Source: Eimeria praecox (lineage: Eukaryota). From it: DNA of 64,000 nucleotides. The notes under the pieces were generated by a model, which was not told the origin of the DNA, did not search any database, and saw nothing but the letters and a program-made list of their open reading frames with translations. This document shows, piece after piece, positions 1 to 34,698 of the stretch; within the stretch, counting starts at the first letter, position 1; each line of letters begins with the position of its first letter. Made by a program: the position numbers and the translations under genes. The stretch covers positions 2,046,001 to 2,110,000 of the forward strand of contig OY986950.1 in NCBI GenBank assembly GCA_963920595.1. The letters run 5' to 3'.

Positions 1-1300
<1,300 letters not shown>

Positions 1301-1479
1301 TCTTTTTATTTATTTTTTGTTTCTTTAATTTATTTATTTAATTACTATTTTATTTTTTTTATTCTTTCGTATTCTTTTATTCTTCCAAAGAGCCCTAGAC
1401 AGCTCTGACAGCTCCGCCTCCGCTCTTAAACGCTGTGTACATACACCGCAAAGCTTCTCTTACATATTATATATATACG

Positions 1480-1522
<43 letters not shown>

Positions 1523-1820
1523 TATACAATAGGATATGTTGTATATATACATATAGGTATAGATATAAGGATATATAGCTATGCATATTTATAGATATAT
1601 GTTTAGTATAAAATATAATAGAAGGGAGTATGTATATAATAAATATAATTATATACTTCTTATATGTTTTGTAATATGGAGATCTACAAACAAACTGAGC
1701 TAAGAGAAGTTTATAAAAATGTAAACGAGGAAAACATAAAAATAAAATCTACACTTTTCTACATTCTATTATTTATTTATGTATTTATTTATTTATTTAT
1801 TTATTTATTTATTTGTGTGT

Positions 1821-1871
<51 letters not shown>

Positions 1872-2286
1872 TTTGTGTGTTTGTTTATTTATTTGTTAAT
1901 TAGAGAGAGTCTTTTGTTTATAATAGAGCGACGATTCTTAGCCATTCATCGTGTATATAGCAGTAGATAGAAGGAGAGAAAGACAGCACAGGTTATCTAG
2001 AGTTTGTATTGATTCTACTTTGATTGAAATAGATTTATTTTTGTTTATTTATTTGAAGCTTCTACTAATCGAAAAGAAAATGTAGAAACAAAAACTACTC
2101 TGCAGCTAACAGGTGCTGCTGTATCTGAGGTGTCTGTACACCTCAGCGTTGAACATACTTGGGAAAGAGAAGACGTCAAAATCCTGAAGCCTGAAGGATT
2201 AGTTTAAGGTTTTCGAGTTGGTGTTATTGATTTGGGGTGTATGTACACAGATGCATATACACCTGAAGTGTATGTATATATTTATA

Positions 2287-2350
<64 letters not shown>

Positions 2351-3274
2351 ACTTCGCCGCAGCAACTGTAAGAAAAAGAAGAAGAAGAACTCTTGATACA
2401 GCTTTGTTCTTCTTTCTTCTTTGTCAAACTTCTACTTATTCTCCTTCGATATCGAGAAGACCTGAAGAAATGTATGAGGCACAACAGACGGGCTACTGTC
2501 CCGCGCCTGCAGCAAACAGTTGCTGTTGCTGCTGTTGCTGCTGTTGCTGCTGTTGCTGCTGCTGCTGCTGCTGGAGGAGGATCTGGTTCTGAAATGACTG
2601 TTTTTGATGTTTGCTAAACGTTTACAGTGTTTGGAAAAAGGAAATGATCTTCAAATGATATTTCAAGAACAAAGTCTACCCCGATCCTCTCGCTCAGGCT
2701 GCTGTCTGTTGCTTGCGATGCTCGTGGCCGGCAGAGAAAGCGGGAAGCAGAGAGAAAATGGGCTTTTATAAACCCTTTTCTTTTGAATAATTGAATAAAT
2801 ACTTCAAAAATACACAAGAATAATAGATATTTAATCTATAATACCATTTATTTGCCCCTCTTTCCCCTCAATCACCGCCGCCGCCACAGCTCCCGCCGTC
2901 AGCAGCTCTCTGATCCTTGTGGTTGTCTGCACCATTGGTTTGAGATCTTTATGATGTTCCTCCTTCAGAATCGAGTTTGTAAAAGTAAAAAACTTATAAT
3001 TAATTATTTAATCAAGACAAATTTATTCGATAAATGTGCAGATCAACCCCTTATGAATGCTGTAGCTAGCTGTATTCAAAGCTGCACATACACCGCACGG
3101 TGTCTATGCAGTTGTATATCAGAAAACTCATTTCAGGGAAAACTTTACTTTTAGTGGCAGCACTTCTTTCCTTATCTGAAATTTGTTTTCTTACACAGAT
3201 CTTTTTACGCCTTCTTTGTTTATTCAAATCTATGAGAGTGCATGCAGATTGCTGCTGTCTTCATATTTAGGTTC

Positions 3275-3346
<72 letters not shown>

Positions 3347-4288
3347 CCTTCATTAAATGAAGCTAGTAAACTTTTTTGTCTAACGTCCCGCGGCAGTTTT
3401 CAAAACAGTTTTAAAGGAATATAGATAGCTAAAAATATATATATTGATGCCTTTAGGTCTGTAGATACACCTGAAAGGCAGGATCATGTGTAGTATACAC
3501 CACAAACTCGAATCTATCTAGAAGCACGTTGTTTCCTTTTAATATAAATAATAATATAAACTAATAAAAGAAAATTTCTAAGGATAAATTTACTTGCTTT
3601 TGCATGTACAGCAGCAGCAAATGAAAGAGTAACTACGCTGCAGCACCAAACATCATTCTCTAGTATTAGATTATAATATTATACATAATAATATATATTT
3701 TATTATTATTATTATTATTAATGTTATTATTTTAATTATAATTAAATGTTTAAATTGCTGCTGCTTATATAAACAAATAAATAATAGCCGCAGCAGAACA
3801 GCGAGAGATAGAGCAGATTGTATTTACAGTTTGAAAGAGAATAGAATTTAACAGATGCAGCGCAGCAATCTGATGCTGCTGCTGAGACAGCAGCAGTAGC
3901 AACAGCAGCAGCAGCAACAGCAGCAGCAGCAACAGCAGCAGCAGCAACAGCAGCAGCAGCAACAGCAGCAGCAGCAACAGCAGCAGCAACAATCGCTTCT
4001 TCTCTCTTCTCCTCGTCTCTGCCTTTCTGTTTATTTGTACTTACAATACTATTTTATACTTGATTGTATTAGAATATATTGTATTTTACTGTATTGTATT
4101 ATATTATATTTTATTATATAATATTATGATTTAGTATATTGTATTGTATTATATAGTTTCATTGAATTATATTATATTTTATTTTTAAAGTATTATTTTA
4201 TCTGTTTAATCATTTTTTTAGTTTATTGTGTTTTACAGATAATACCTTCACGTAAAATTAAGAAAATCTTGATTTTCTTTTAATAACA

Positions 4289-4375
<87 letters not shown>

Positions 4376-4845
4376 CTATTAGATTATATAACATATAGAA
4401 GTAATATAATAATTTATATTATTTATTCTATTATACTATATTAGACGTAGGGGCTCTTCTTCTTTTGTTGTTTAATTTTATCTTATCAAATATTTTTATT
4501 AGAAAAACACGAGAAAAGTGTTGATTATAATATTATTATAATAAATATTATATTAAATATTATTATAATAAATATTAAATTAAATATTATTATAATACAT
4601 ATTATATTAAAATAGAATATTTATTAAAAATAAAAGAAAGTACATGCCCTTGAAACTATATATTTATTTATATTTATTTATTTATTTATTTATATTACTA
4701 TAAATATTATTTTAAATTTTATTTTAAATATTATTTTAGATATTTTTTAAAACATTATTTTAATTATTACTTTTAGTATTTTACAATCTTTTGTTTACAG
4801 AGTGCTCTTGGGGTGTACAGGCAGCTCCCACTTGTCAGCATCTTC

Positions 4846-4886
<41 letters not shown>

Positions 4887-4916
<30 letters not shown>

Positions 4917-5701
4917 TAGATAGGTAGATAGATAGATATAGATATAGATATAGATATAGATACATAGATATAGATATAGATATAGATATAGATATAGATA
5001 TAGATATAGATATAGATATAGATACATAGATATAGATATAGATATAGATATAGATATAGATATAGATATAGATATAGATATAGATATAGATATAGATATA
5101 GATATAGATATAGATATAGATATAGATATAGATATAGATATAGATATAGATATAGATATAGATATAGATATAGATATAGATATAGATATAGATATAGATA
5201 TAGATATAGATATAGATATAGATATAGATATAGATATAGATATAGATATAGATATAGATATATAGATATAGATATAGATATAGATATAGATATAGATATA
5301 GATATAGATATAGATATAGATATAGATATAGATATAGATATAGATATAGATATAGATATAGATATAGATATAGATATAGATATAGATATAGATATAGATA
5401 TAGATATAGATATAGATATAGATATAGATATAGATATAGATATAGATATAGATATAGATATAGATATAGATATAGATATAGATATAGATATAGATATAGA
5501 TATAGATATAGATATAGATATAGATATAGATATAGATATAGATATAGATATAGATATAGATATAGATATAGATATAGATATAGATATAGATATAGATATA
5601 GATATAGATATAGATATAGATATAGATATAGATATAGATATAGATATAGATATAGATATAGATATAGATATAGATATGGATATAGATATAGATATAGATA
5701 T
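4887..5701. repeat. Compound microsatellite: (GATA)n followed by about 760 bp of near-perfect (GATATA)n
   Basis: Directly visible. Similar (ATATCT)n arrays lie at about 22620-23097, 26720-27176 and 56460-56750 and are the source of the YL/IS/YI ORFs. Confidence 0.95.
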
Positions 5702-5994
5702 AACATTAAACATATGTTTATATTACATTAAAACTAAATTTATTATCTTCTATCTTCTAAAGAAATCAACAAAATACATTTTTTCTAAGAAATGTTGAAA
5801 CGTTTAAATATTAAAATTTTAATGTTTAAGAAAATAATAAGAAGATAATAACATTTAATACTTCTTTCTCTCTATTATATTATATTAAACATATTAAACA
5901 CAAATCTTTAGCTCATAGTCATGAGAAAACAGAAAAAGAGAGAAAATATATATTTATATTACATTAAAAATATGTTTAGATTATATATATCTAT

Positions 5995-6044
<50 letters not shown>

Positions 6045-6253
6045 GTTTAAATTACTTTTAAACTAAATGTCTTATCTATTCCCTCAGCTGTCTTCGCTCA
6101 AACAAATATAAAAAAGTATATATCTCTAATGTATATCCTGATTCTTATTTAACATTTCTTAATATAATTGTTTCTATATTAATATTTTATAATATGGTAT
6201 ATTGTTGCTATCGCTAGAATAAGATATACAGTAACTAATATACATATGGCGAC

Positions 6254-6315
<62 letters not shown>

Positions 6316-7090
6316 TTATCTGTATATTTTTTATAAGATATATATGTCAAAGGCATACATCAAGTAAGCATCACAGTAGAGAGCTCAGCGTTGAAAGAGG
6401 GTTTTGAATGATCTTAGGAGTGTTATAAATTATTTTATTAAATAAAATAAATAAATTTATATATTTAATAAAATAAATAACTTGAAAATATTAGAAAAAA
6501 ACGAAGAAGTCCAACGGACAGCCAGCTATTTGTCTGCTCGTCATCAACACGTATTCAACTTCAAAATCTATGGAATTAAATACAATAAAATTATATATTT
6601 ATATTTGTTTTTATATTTTCTTTCTTATTTTTAAGTTTATTTATATTTATATCTTCATTAACATGTGTCTTTTTATCTCCTTCCTTTCGCGAGCGAGTTG
6701 CACGGCTCGCGCGCCGTTGTCGCGGCACCCCACAGACAGATATATTTTATTTGTAGAGGAAAATAGAATAAAATGTAAAAAAAATACTAAAAATGTACTA
6801 ATATATTTTAGTTAAAATAAATTTATAAAGAAGTCAAAGAAAAGCAGATAAAATTAATGAAAACAAACAACTCGGCGTCGCATATATTAAGAACCTAGCT
6901 ACTCTATCAAACAATATAACACGCGAAAGAAAGCTAGTATAAACATTTTATATTTATGTTTTTTTTTGTATTTCTTTGTTAAATTCTTTTTTATTTTGTA
7001 TTTTCTCAATTATTTAATATAACTTTCAACCAAGAACGCCATTAAGTGGGTGCGATACAGCATTACTAGGCAACGCACTCTCCGCTAACG

Positions 7091-8224
7091 ATGCAATCCC
7101 TACACTCAGGTGAGTGCGATAAAGATTAAATAATAAACTCTGTTTCTTTTTTATTTGTATTTATTCCTCGCATTTATTTAATTATTTAATTTTTAATATT
7201 TTAAAACGATTTCTTTCTCGTGTTCACAGCGAAGATGGAAGGCGTTGAAGTCCAGCCACACATTCAACTTCGAAAGGTGAGTCGTATGTATCTTTCATGT
7301 ATTTGCTTGACGTCTTCTTCGTTTTTTTCTTTAGAAATGTATTTATTTTGTTATTTTATTTTTTAAATATTAAAATAAAAGTAAAAACACAAAAAAAAAA
7401 CAGAAAAATCGTGTATGATGAGTGTGTGTACATGATTGCCTGGGGGGTGAGCGAGTAGCTCGTGCGATTTTCTAATATTTTGTGTGTGTATGGTTTTAAA
7501 AAGTGTGGAAAGCTGCAATAAAATTACATTTTAAGTATATTAACGATACTATATTATTGAATTTATGAATATTTATATATATTTTTCGTTTTTTCGTGTC
7601 TTTTCAGGGTCAAGTATATCCTGTAGTATTAACTATGGGAGATCCGAAACGTGTTGATGAAGTCGCATCATTATGTGATAATGTAGAATATTTAGAATTT
7701 AATCGGGAATTTAAATCTGCGAATGTAACAAAGAATGGACAGAAGTTTACAGTAATATCTCATGGTGTTGGTTCATGTAGTTCTATGATATGTTTCGAAG
7801 AATTAATTAAATTAGGAGCAAAATTAATTATACGAGCAGGAACATGTGGAAGTATGAAGCCAAATACAGTACAACAAGGAGATATTGTTGTACCTTATGC
7901 TGCAGCACGTGATAATGATGTTTGTGATTTATATATACCTATTCGTATGCCTGCAGTTTGTACTCCTCGTATATATCAAGCATTATTAAAAACAGGAGAA
8001 GATTTAAATATAAAATTGAAATCAGGGATAGCTCTTACGAATGGTGTCTTCTATGGATATGATCAAGAACATATTCATAATTTACAGAAATGGGCTAAAT
8101 ATACAGATATTGTAGATTGCGAATTTCAAGCATTATTCCTTGTTGGGATTGGAAGAGGGATTGAAACTGGAGCAATTGCAACTGTTGACGGTTCTCCGCT
8201 TCAATGGGATCAGGTACGATCTAT

Positions 8225-8255
<31 letters not shown>

Positions 8256-8367
8256 TTTTAATATTTATTTATTTAGGTACAGGGTTAGAGAGTTATTTGC
8301 TGTTGGTAACGTTAAAATTGGTGTTTATTATGCTAGTTTCGGTGTTTTTAGTATAAACTGATGTACA

Positions 8368-8423
<56 letters not shown>

Positions 8424-8663
8424 TATGGTTTTTGAAGAAATGTATGAATAATATGTTTTTTATATACACTAGAATGCGTTAAATGCGTATTTTATTTTGA
8501 TTTTGTAATTTATTTGATGTATTTATTATTTTATTTTGTTTAAATTGTATTTTGTTTTCAGGCTAACTATGATCCTACAGGGCGTGTAGTTGCTGAGGGG
8601 AAGAAGAAGATGTTGACAGTGGCAATACATACATGTGCTGAGTTAGCTAAGGAGTTTAATTAA
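7091..8663 (+). CDS. PNP: Purine nucleoside phosphorylase (hexameric PNP/UDP-type, apicomplexan PNP)
   Basis: Exons 7091-7109 (in-frame upstream ATG), 7230-7276 (second ATG at 7235), 7608-8213, 8562-8663, all GT-AG. Protein (M)EGVEVQPHIQLRKGQVYPVVLTMGDPKRV..NREF..SHGVG..EELIKLGAKLIIRAGTCGS..VDGSPLQWDQANYDPTG..EFN*, 249 aa from 7235 or 257 aa from 7091. Motifs match Toxoplasma/Plasmodium PNP. Confidence 0.95.
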
Positions 8664-8705
8664 AATATATAATTAAATATATATTATATATTATTATTAT
8701 TATAT

Positions 8706-8745
<40 letters not shown>

Positions 8746-8953
8746 TTGATGTTCTGTCTTTGAAAATATATAAAAATATAAAATATATATTCTCAATTTC
8801 CGGCCAAAGTCTCAGCCGTACAATTTTCAGGTGTATGCGTTTGTTGTTTTCTGTCTGTTGTGTGCATTTTGTGATATTGTTATTTAATTAAAAATTATTA
8901 ATTTAATCCTTATAATTATAATTATATTATTAAGGATCAATACACATTTGCAG

Positions 8954-9010
<57 letters not shown>

Positions 9011-9298
9011 GTGTTTGTTAAGGTTTTGCGCTATCTATGAGCAGCAAAACAAATAATAAATATAAAAATAAAATAAAATTAAATAAAATAAAATAAAATA
9101 AAAATAAATACAAGATTTATATTCTCGAAGATGTCCTCGCAAATAAAACAAAGAGGCTGAGGCTGGAGAAAAAAAATAAAACTTGTTGATTTCTTTTTGT
9201 TTGACAACTCGAAATAAATATATATTATTATATTTATTATATAATATAACATATATAAATAAATATTTATTTAAATAGATAGATAGATAGATAGATAT

Positions 9299-9329
<31 letters not shown>

Positions 9330-10171
9330 CGAATTGAAAGATAGAAGAAGAATAAGTAGGAGAGAAGTAATAGTGTTATAGATAGAGTAGACAGAAGAAA
9401 TTAGAGTAAGTTAATAGCTGAAAAATATATAAAAAGGGTGTAGTGTAGGCGTCCAACAATATGAGCATGTAACTAGATTTAGGGATTAGGGTTTAGGGTT
9501 TGGGGTTTAGGGTTTGGGGTTTGGGGATGTAGTTTCATGGATTAGAATAATTATAATAATAAATATAAAAACAATTATATTTAAATGCGTGAGATAGAAA
9601 GAGCCGAAGAAGTTGAGAGTGTTCGTATTCTTAGAATTTTTTTATTAAACTATGAAGTCGAATATATCTTAAGAGTGATATTATTTGCATATTATTTGTT
9701 TATTATTATTTATTATTATTTATTATTATTTATTATTATTTATTATTATTTATTTTTAATTATTATCAGAGATTAGTTGAGTCGAGCTAATATGTGATGA
9801 GTGGGCGCCATGTTAATAAACTACGTTACAAAGGATCTAAAGTAGATTTAGAAAAAAGAAAAGGATGGTAGGTTGATATATTAGAAAGAGAGATTATATA
9901 TATATAATATTTAAATGAATTAAATAATTAATAAAATAAAATAAAAATAAATAAAAAATAAAAAATAAATAAAAAAACTTAAGAAGGAGAAAAGTTCGAA
10001 AAAAATGCGAAACAGCGTTTTTGCAAATTTTGCAAAAGTGGAAATCGAGAAGAAATTAAATTGTTTATACACTGCGAGATGTTCAATTCTTTTTATTTTT
10101 TCTAATTTAATTAATTTAATTTATTTTATTTTATTTTAATTTAATTTATTTTAATTTAATTCAATTTTTCT

Positions 10172-18028
<7,857 letters not shown>

Positions 18029-18538
18029 GGTGATGAAATAGAGAATTTGTATTTGGTGGAAAGCGAAATAAATACGAAGAAAAGTTTAACAATTCTTCTT
18101 TAATTTAATTTTAAAATATATATATTTATATTTAATGTCGTTCAAACAACAGGAAACACCAAGAGCTGAAGGAGAGGCGCGCTATACATGTTAAGAGGGG
18201 GGCTGGCGCTCGAGGTGTAGTTGAAAGCGATTTACTTGAGTTGTTTTAGCTTTTCTGCCTCTAAAATGTATTTTAAATACAAATTAATTCAATTATATTT
18301 CTATTTTAGGTTTTTTTTCAGCAAAAAATACACAAAAAACCCACTGACAGGCCCCCCCTCTGCTTTCTTCGGGCGCCCATAGAAGACGAATATAGTAGAG
18401 CTGTCCATACACCTGAATATGAAGTAAATAACATTTCAGTGAAAACAAATTATAATCAAAATAGTAAAAGAAAAATATAAATAAAATAATCTGACAGACA
18501 ACAACAGACCCCCCTTAGAGCCCAAAACACCCTACCTA

Positions 18539-18583
<45 letters not shown>

Positions 18584-19026
18584 CTATATAGATATAGATA
18601 TATAGATATAGATATACAGATACAGCTCTAGATATAGATATACAGCTATGGATATATATACAGATATCTTTTGTTTATATTGAAGAATAAGAAAGAGATA
18701 GAGGCAGTTATAGGGTGTATGTGTATACGGTGTATGAGCTGTATGAGATCTTGAACGGCATGATAAGATTATAATTATTGTTCTTTCTTTCTCTTCCCTT
18801 TCTTTCTCTTATCTTTTTTAATATTTATATAAATAATTATATTTAAATACATATTTATATAAATAATTATATCTAAATAAATATCTTCTTCTTCTTCTTT
18901 CTTTCTGTCTCTTCAAAATCTTATTACTTTAATTGCTGGCAAACAGCGAAAAAACTAAAAAATAATTTAATATTTTATTAACATCGAGTTGATGTTTATA
19001 TTACACTCGACGGCCTCAGAGACAGA

Positions 19027-19318
19027 TAAACCCTAATAAACCCTAGTAAACCCTAATAAACCCTAACAAACCCTAATAATAAACCCTAATAAACCCTAGG
19101 AAGCCCTAATAAACCCTAGGAAGCCCTAATAAGCCCTAATAAACCCTAGTTAGTAAACCCTAATAAAACCTAATAAACCCTAATAAACCCTAATAAACCC
19201 CAATAAACCCTACTCAGTAGACCCTAATAAACCCTAATAAGCCCTAATAAACCCTAATAAACACCAATAAACCCTAATAAACCCTAATAAACCCTAGTAA
19301 ACCCTAATAAACCCCTAG
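19027..19318. repeat. Variant telomere-derived 10-mer satellite (AAACCCTAAT)n
   Basis: Units AAACCCTAAT, AAACCCTAGT and AAGCCCTAAT, in the spacer between the divergent ALDH and RON2 genes. Confidence 0.9.
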
Positions 19319-19513
19319 GAGAATAAGTAAAGATGTTTCTCTTGTTAGTTAGTCATACGTTTGCTACGTTGAGGATAGCAGCAAAAGGCGGAGATTATTT
19401 AAAAGAAAGATACGATGCTGCCTACAACCGCAGCAGCAGCAACAGCAGCAGCATCAACAGCAGCAGCAACAGCACCAGCAGCAACAGCAGCAACAGCACC
19501 AGCAGCAACAGCA

Positions 19514-19544
<31 letters not shown>

Positions 19545-20775
19545 CAAAAACAGCAGCAGCAGCAGCATATGAAGCCGCAGAGACATCCTCATATATATAT
19601 GAAGGGGTATACAGACGTATGGTTCTACTGAGCTATCTGACTATCTACAATAAATATAAATGAATATTAGAAGGTATAGTAAATTTTTAATATAAAATTA
19701 TATATTAAAATATAATTATAAGGAGATATTTCGGGTGTATGTACAAGAAATATCTAGAAAATGTGCTACTAACCACTGGTAGTGTAGGGGCGAGCGCCAG
19801 GGTGTATGTAGGATTTTCTGGATATGGCGTTCAAATGTACGAATAAAATCAAATAACTTTGATATTATTGTAAAAAAGAATAAAAAATTAATATTTTGAT
19901 TGTATATATATTAATAAACTCAAAGAAGACAGAGAGATTTGTGTATGGGCCGCTCAGCCGGTTGTAGTATGATATCGGTTAGAGAGGGAAGATGTATCTT
20001 TCATTGTTTTTTTTTGTTTTTTTATGTTTATTTTTAGAATAAAATACAATAAATGTGTTTATAAACATTACAATATACTAAAAAGAAGAAAAAAGAAGTA
20101 AAAAGAGCAACTGACGGCGTATTTTAAGACCAAATAACAACAACAGACAGACAGCAGCAGCCCGCCTTCGTCTGCAGGCCGCTACAGCAAGCTACTACAT
20201 ATATAACAGCGTCGCGATTATGTGATGAAATGTATAAATATAGGTTTTTTCTTTGTACAGTTTTGTTTGTTATGGATTAAGAAGCTGAATATTGTGTTTA
20301 TTTGAAGCATTTTATGTTTATTGGCTTCAAAAACAACACCAGATTCTACCTTCTACGGTGTTGACAGGCCTGATCGCGGTGACGCTATCATCAAGTCTGT
20401 GTCTAATCGCAAGAAGTTGTATTTTGTGTTCTTTTCTTTTAAAAACACATTAATTTGTCTGTTGTATATTAACTGAGAGGATAATTAACTCTTTTGTCGT
20501 ATATATTTCGTGCCATCATCTTCTATCTTCTTCTTCGGGTGTATGTACAGCCGACTTGGGACGAATTCAACTTTCTAGTTTGTGTGTTTTTTTTCTTCAT
20601 TTTCCTTCGATCTAATCTTCTTTAAGGTGGATTAGACTTTGAAAATAAGAAATTTTACGATTTTAATGTAATATCATATCGAATCCTCTCTTAAACGACT
20701 CGTTCAACTTTTTTTGTGTTGATGACGCTACCATATTTTCTTCTTGTTTCCTGTACGTGAATAGATATATTAAAG

Positions 20776-31387
<10,612 letters not shown>

Positions 31388-31430
31388 AACAAACTAACCA
31401 TATACTTCCTTATCGCAAATATAGAAACAG

Positions 31431-31479
<49 letters not shown>

Positions 31480-31578
31480 CTGTTAGTTTATTCATTTATT
31501 TAATTTATTTGTTATTTTGGATGTAAATTTATTTTCGAATTATTAATTGCTGGCATTCAGCGAACTTTGACGAGTTTA

Positions 31579-31656
<78 letters not shown>

Positions 31657-31663
31657 TACATAT

Positions 31664-31697
<34 letters not shown>

Positions 31698-31856
31698 TTG
31701 ATTAAATTTATATTTTTTAATTTGTAAGACTTTTGTCTGTTTATTTCTGTCTACGATTTGTCTATAAAATTATAATTGTAGAAAATTATAAACATCTACT
31801 TCGACTAGAAATGCAGAAAGATAAACCCTAAACCCTAAATAAATAGTTTTCTAAGT

Positions 31857-31891
<35 letters not shown>

Positions 31892-32230
31892 CACCTGATG
31901 ATAGCTGTATATAAACAACTCCAACAACCCCTAAAACTAAACTAAGATAAAAATAATAAACAGTTAAAATAAGACTAACAAATAATAATTAAATAATAAA
32001 TTTTATTAATAATATAATAATAATAATAATAATATACTGAGTAGAAAGTAGAAAGAAACAATCTAATAAAAGATATAAAGTATATAAAGACGAGGTTGAA
32101 CTGTCTCTGTTTTGTTTTTGAAGAAGATAAAAACAAGAAAATAAAAAGAAAGATATTTAGAAATAAATTAAAGAAAGATATCTAGAAACTAAGATAAGCA
32201 CAAGGAATATACTCCTACACATATATCCTC

Positions 32231-32278
<48 letters not shown>

Positions 32279-32579
32279 GTATATAATCTATGCCTTTATA
32301 TATAATATATATTATACATATAATATATATAGTATATTTATATATATATTATATATATATACATAATATATATATTATATATATTATATATAATATATTA
32401 TTACATATACAGCATTCCCTTCACCTTTCTATTTTGAATCGAATATATATATAATTATATCTTCGACTGTATTTAAAATTATGTTGGATAAATAAATACA
32501 TTTCTCCTAATTATAAATATAATTTATAATTTAAATATTATATTTTCATCATATCATTTCTACTCACATACACCTCAGG

Positions 32580-32618
<39 letters not shown>

Positions 32619-32632
32619 TTTAATTATATAAT

Positions 32633-32925
32633 TTATTTAAGCATACATTTTCCTCCTTCAACAGCAAATACATTTGTATTGGACTTCAAGAATGCCGCCA
32701 TTTTCGGTAAACTCGCAGGTTTTTTGACTTTCTGTCCGAGAGAAGCCAATGGTGTGGGTCCATTCTTCTTTAGAAAATCAATTAAAGCATTTCTGTAGGT
32801 TGCTTCATCATTGCTAGAAGATGCTGCCTCATTGTTTTGTGTCTTTGCTGGAGATACACCACAAATTAACACACAAATTAATTATATATGCCAAACGCAA
32901 GAAAAACAGAAACAGAAAAATAGAA

Positions 32926-32971
<46 letters not shown>

Positions 32972-33121
32972 GTATAAACACAAAAAAGAATGTATGGTGT
33001 AGTTTAGGTGGCTATACACTGCAAATAAATAAAACAAGAGAAAAACTAAGATATAAATACAAACACAAGAGTGAATACTAAACACCCCATCAATATACCT
33101 ATCTATCTATCTATCTATCTA

Positions 33122-33154
<33 letters not shown>

Positions 33155-34653
33155 AATGCCTATATCTATATCTATCTATCTATCTATCTATATATATATA
33201 TATATATTAGATAGATATATAGATATATATTTATAGACTCACCTTTCTTGTTGCCTTGTTGCTGCTGCTGTTTCTGTTGCTGCTGCTGCTGCTGCCCTTT
33301 ACGTTTTTTATCTTGAGGAGGTGGAGTAGGTGCTTCTTCTTCATCTTCTTCCTCTTCTTCTTCTTCATCTTCTTCCTCATCATCATCATCATCATCAGAG
33401 CCTTCTTCTTCTTCTTCTGATTCTTCCTCGTCTCCGTCTTCTTCTCCTTCTTCATCTTCATCTTCTTCTTCATTCTAAATAATATAAACATAAGAAATAA
33501 AATTAAATAAAAATAAAAATAAATAAATATAAATAAATTTAAAATAAAAAAGATAGAAAAAAAAAACAAAAATATTCATAGATACAAACATACATACAAA
33601 ATAAACTCTATATTCAATACACTAATCTATTTTATAAATATATTAATATAATATAATATAATATAATATAATATAATATAATATAATATAATACAATACA
33701 ATATAATACAATATAATACAATACAATATAATATAAACAGATAATATAATATAATATATTAAACTAATTCTTACGTCATCATCATCATCATCATCTTCAT
33801 CATCGTTTGAGGCCGCAGCTTGCAGAGCTTTCAACGCCTGAGTCTTCTTGTTCGATGCACCCTTACCCTTCTCTGGAAACAAAAGCAAATATATATATAT
33901 ATATATATAGACATGTACCTATATAATATAATATAATATAATATAATATAATATAATATTACTATAATATAATATAATATTACTATAATATAACATATAT
34001 ATCTATATATACATATAGAAATATATAGATATATAGAGGCATAAAGAGAAGAAACAAACAAAACCAACAAACCAAATAATAATAGAATAGAGTTTGTTTG
34101 AACACGGCTACGCCTCAAGGGAGAGAAGAGAAATCCCTCAAAGAAGGAAGCAACAGTGTAAATAATAAATTATTCTTGGCTAGGTGAAATGACTGAAGAT
34201 CGATAAGTTGTACAGACCCTCAGCCTTAGATATAGCCATACAAATTCAGGTGTATATACACCTAAAAAAAGGTAGAAATATAATTTAAATATAAAACATA
34301 CTCTTTGCTTCTTCTTCTTGAGCGTCCAAATCTTCAATTCTTCCATCCTAAGATATTAAAGACAACACAAAAACTAATTCTATATTTGAATATATATACA
34401 ATATAATATGTGTATACTACATATATATAATATATATGTTTATTATATATATATATATATATACATTTAACATATATATATATAATATATATATATTGTT
34501 TATATTGTATATAGGGAGTGAAACAGAGATAGAGGTATCTAACAAGTATATCTTTCAATACTTTGCATCTACATCTCAGCTGTTCCTTCAACATGTATAC
34601 TACATTAAACATTTACATTACACATACCTAACACATATACCTACATGGATAGA

Positions 34654-34698
<45 letters not shown>

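Noticed and set aside
2224..3154. Short ORFs in a moderately GC-rich patch
   Set aside because: No recognisable motif and no consistent splice model; may be UTR or an unrecognised exon.
4773..5713. 300-aa YL/IS/YI repeat ORFs, and similar ones at 12172-12617, 26701-27336, 56016-56909 and 58878-59424
   Set aside because: Translations of stop-free microsatellites; most lie in introns of genes modelled above.
19333..19663. Two overlapping ORFs next to the variant telomere satellite
   Set aside because: Mostly CAG/CAA repeat with short unique flanks and no supporting splice or motif evidence.
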